Positions 63,980 to 64,000 of a stretch of 64,000 nucleotides of DNA are shown here, piece after piece (the first letter of the stretch is position 1; each line of letters opens with the position of its first letter). The position numbers were made by a program, and so were the translations under genes. Below the pieces are notes generated by a model that worked only from the letters and a program-made list of their open reading frames with translations, was not told where the DNA came from and searched no databases. The DNA is from Malacoraja senta (lineage: Eukaryota): positions 8,682,001 through 8,746,000 of the forward strand of contig CM075997.1 of NCBI GenBank assembly GCA_038087875.1, in the 5' to 3' direction.

Positions 63980-63987
63980 TTTATATA
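63980..63987 (-). promoter_or_regulatory. Candidate TATA box of the GPCR gene
   Basis: TATATAAA on the minus strand about 65 nt upstream of the ATG. Confidence 0.45.
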
Positions 63988-64000
63988 TGAGGGAGAAGAT

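Overview
Eukaryotic vertebrate DNA, most likely a cartilaginous fish (skate/ray-like, inferred from HE1-type V-SINEs, the CR1/Penelope repertoire and the gene families). Most of the window is nested transposable elements: several CR1 LINE families, three L1-type insertions with target-site duplications, two DIRS1-type tyrosine-recombinase retrotransposons with complete termini and ICR, a Gypsy LTR element cut by a 200-N gap, Penelope-like elements (GIY-YIG) whose terminal repeats carry a minimal hammerhead-ribozyme core, a Vingi/Ingi-like LINE, hAT fossils and a foldback element. Host genes are a C2H2 zinc-finger gene or pseudogene (+, about 32.9-33.9 kb) preceded by a 54-bp-period array of CTCF-like motifs, and an intact two-exon class A GPCR (-, 61223-63915, GPR139/GPR142-like). 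Two CpG-island promoter-like regions have no visible gene attached. The best leads are the dispersed hammerhead-like units (one a 131-bp solo insertion with a 12-bp TSD, one sense-oriented in the GPCR intron), the covarying DIRS 3' structure, the GPCR and the CTCF-like array. All family assignments come from motif recognition by eye, not from database searches.
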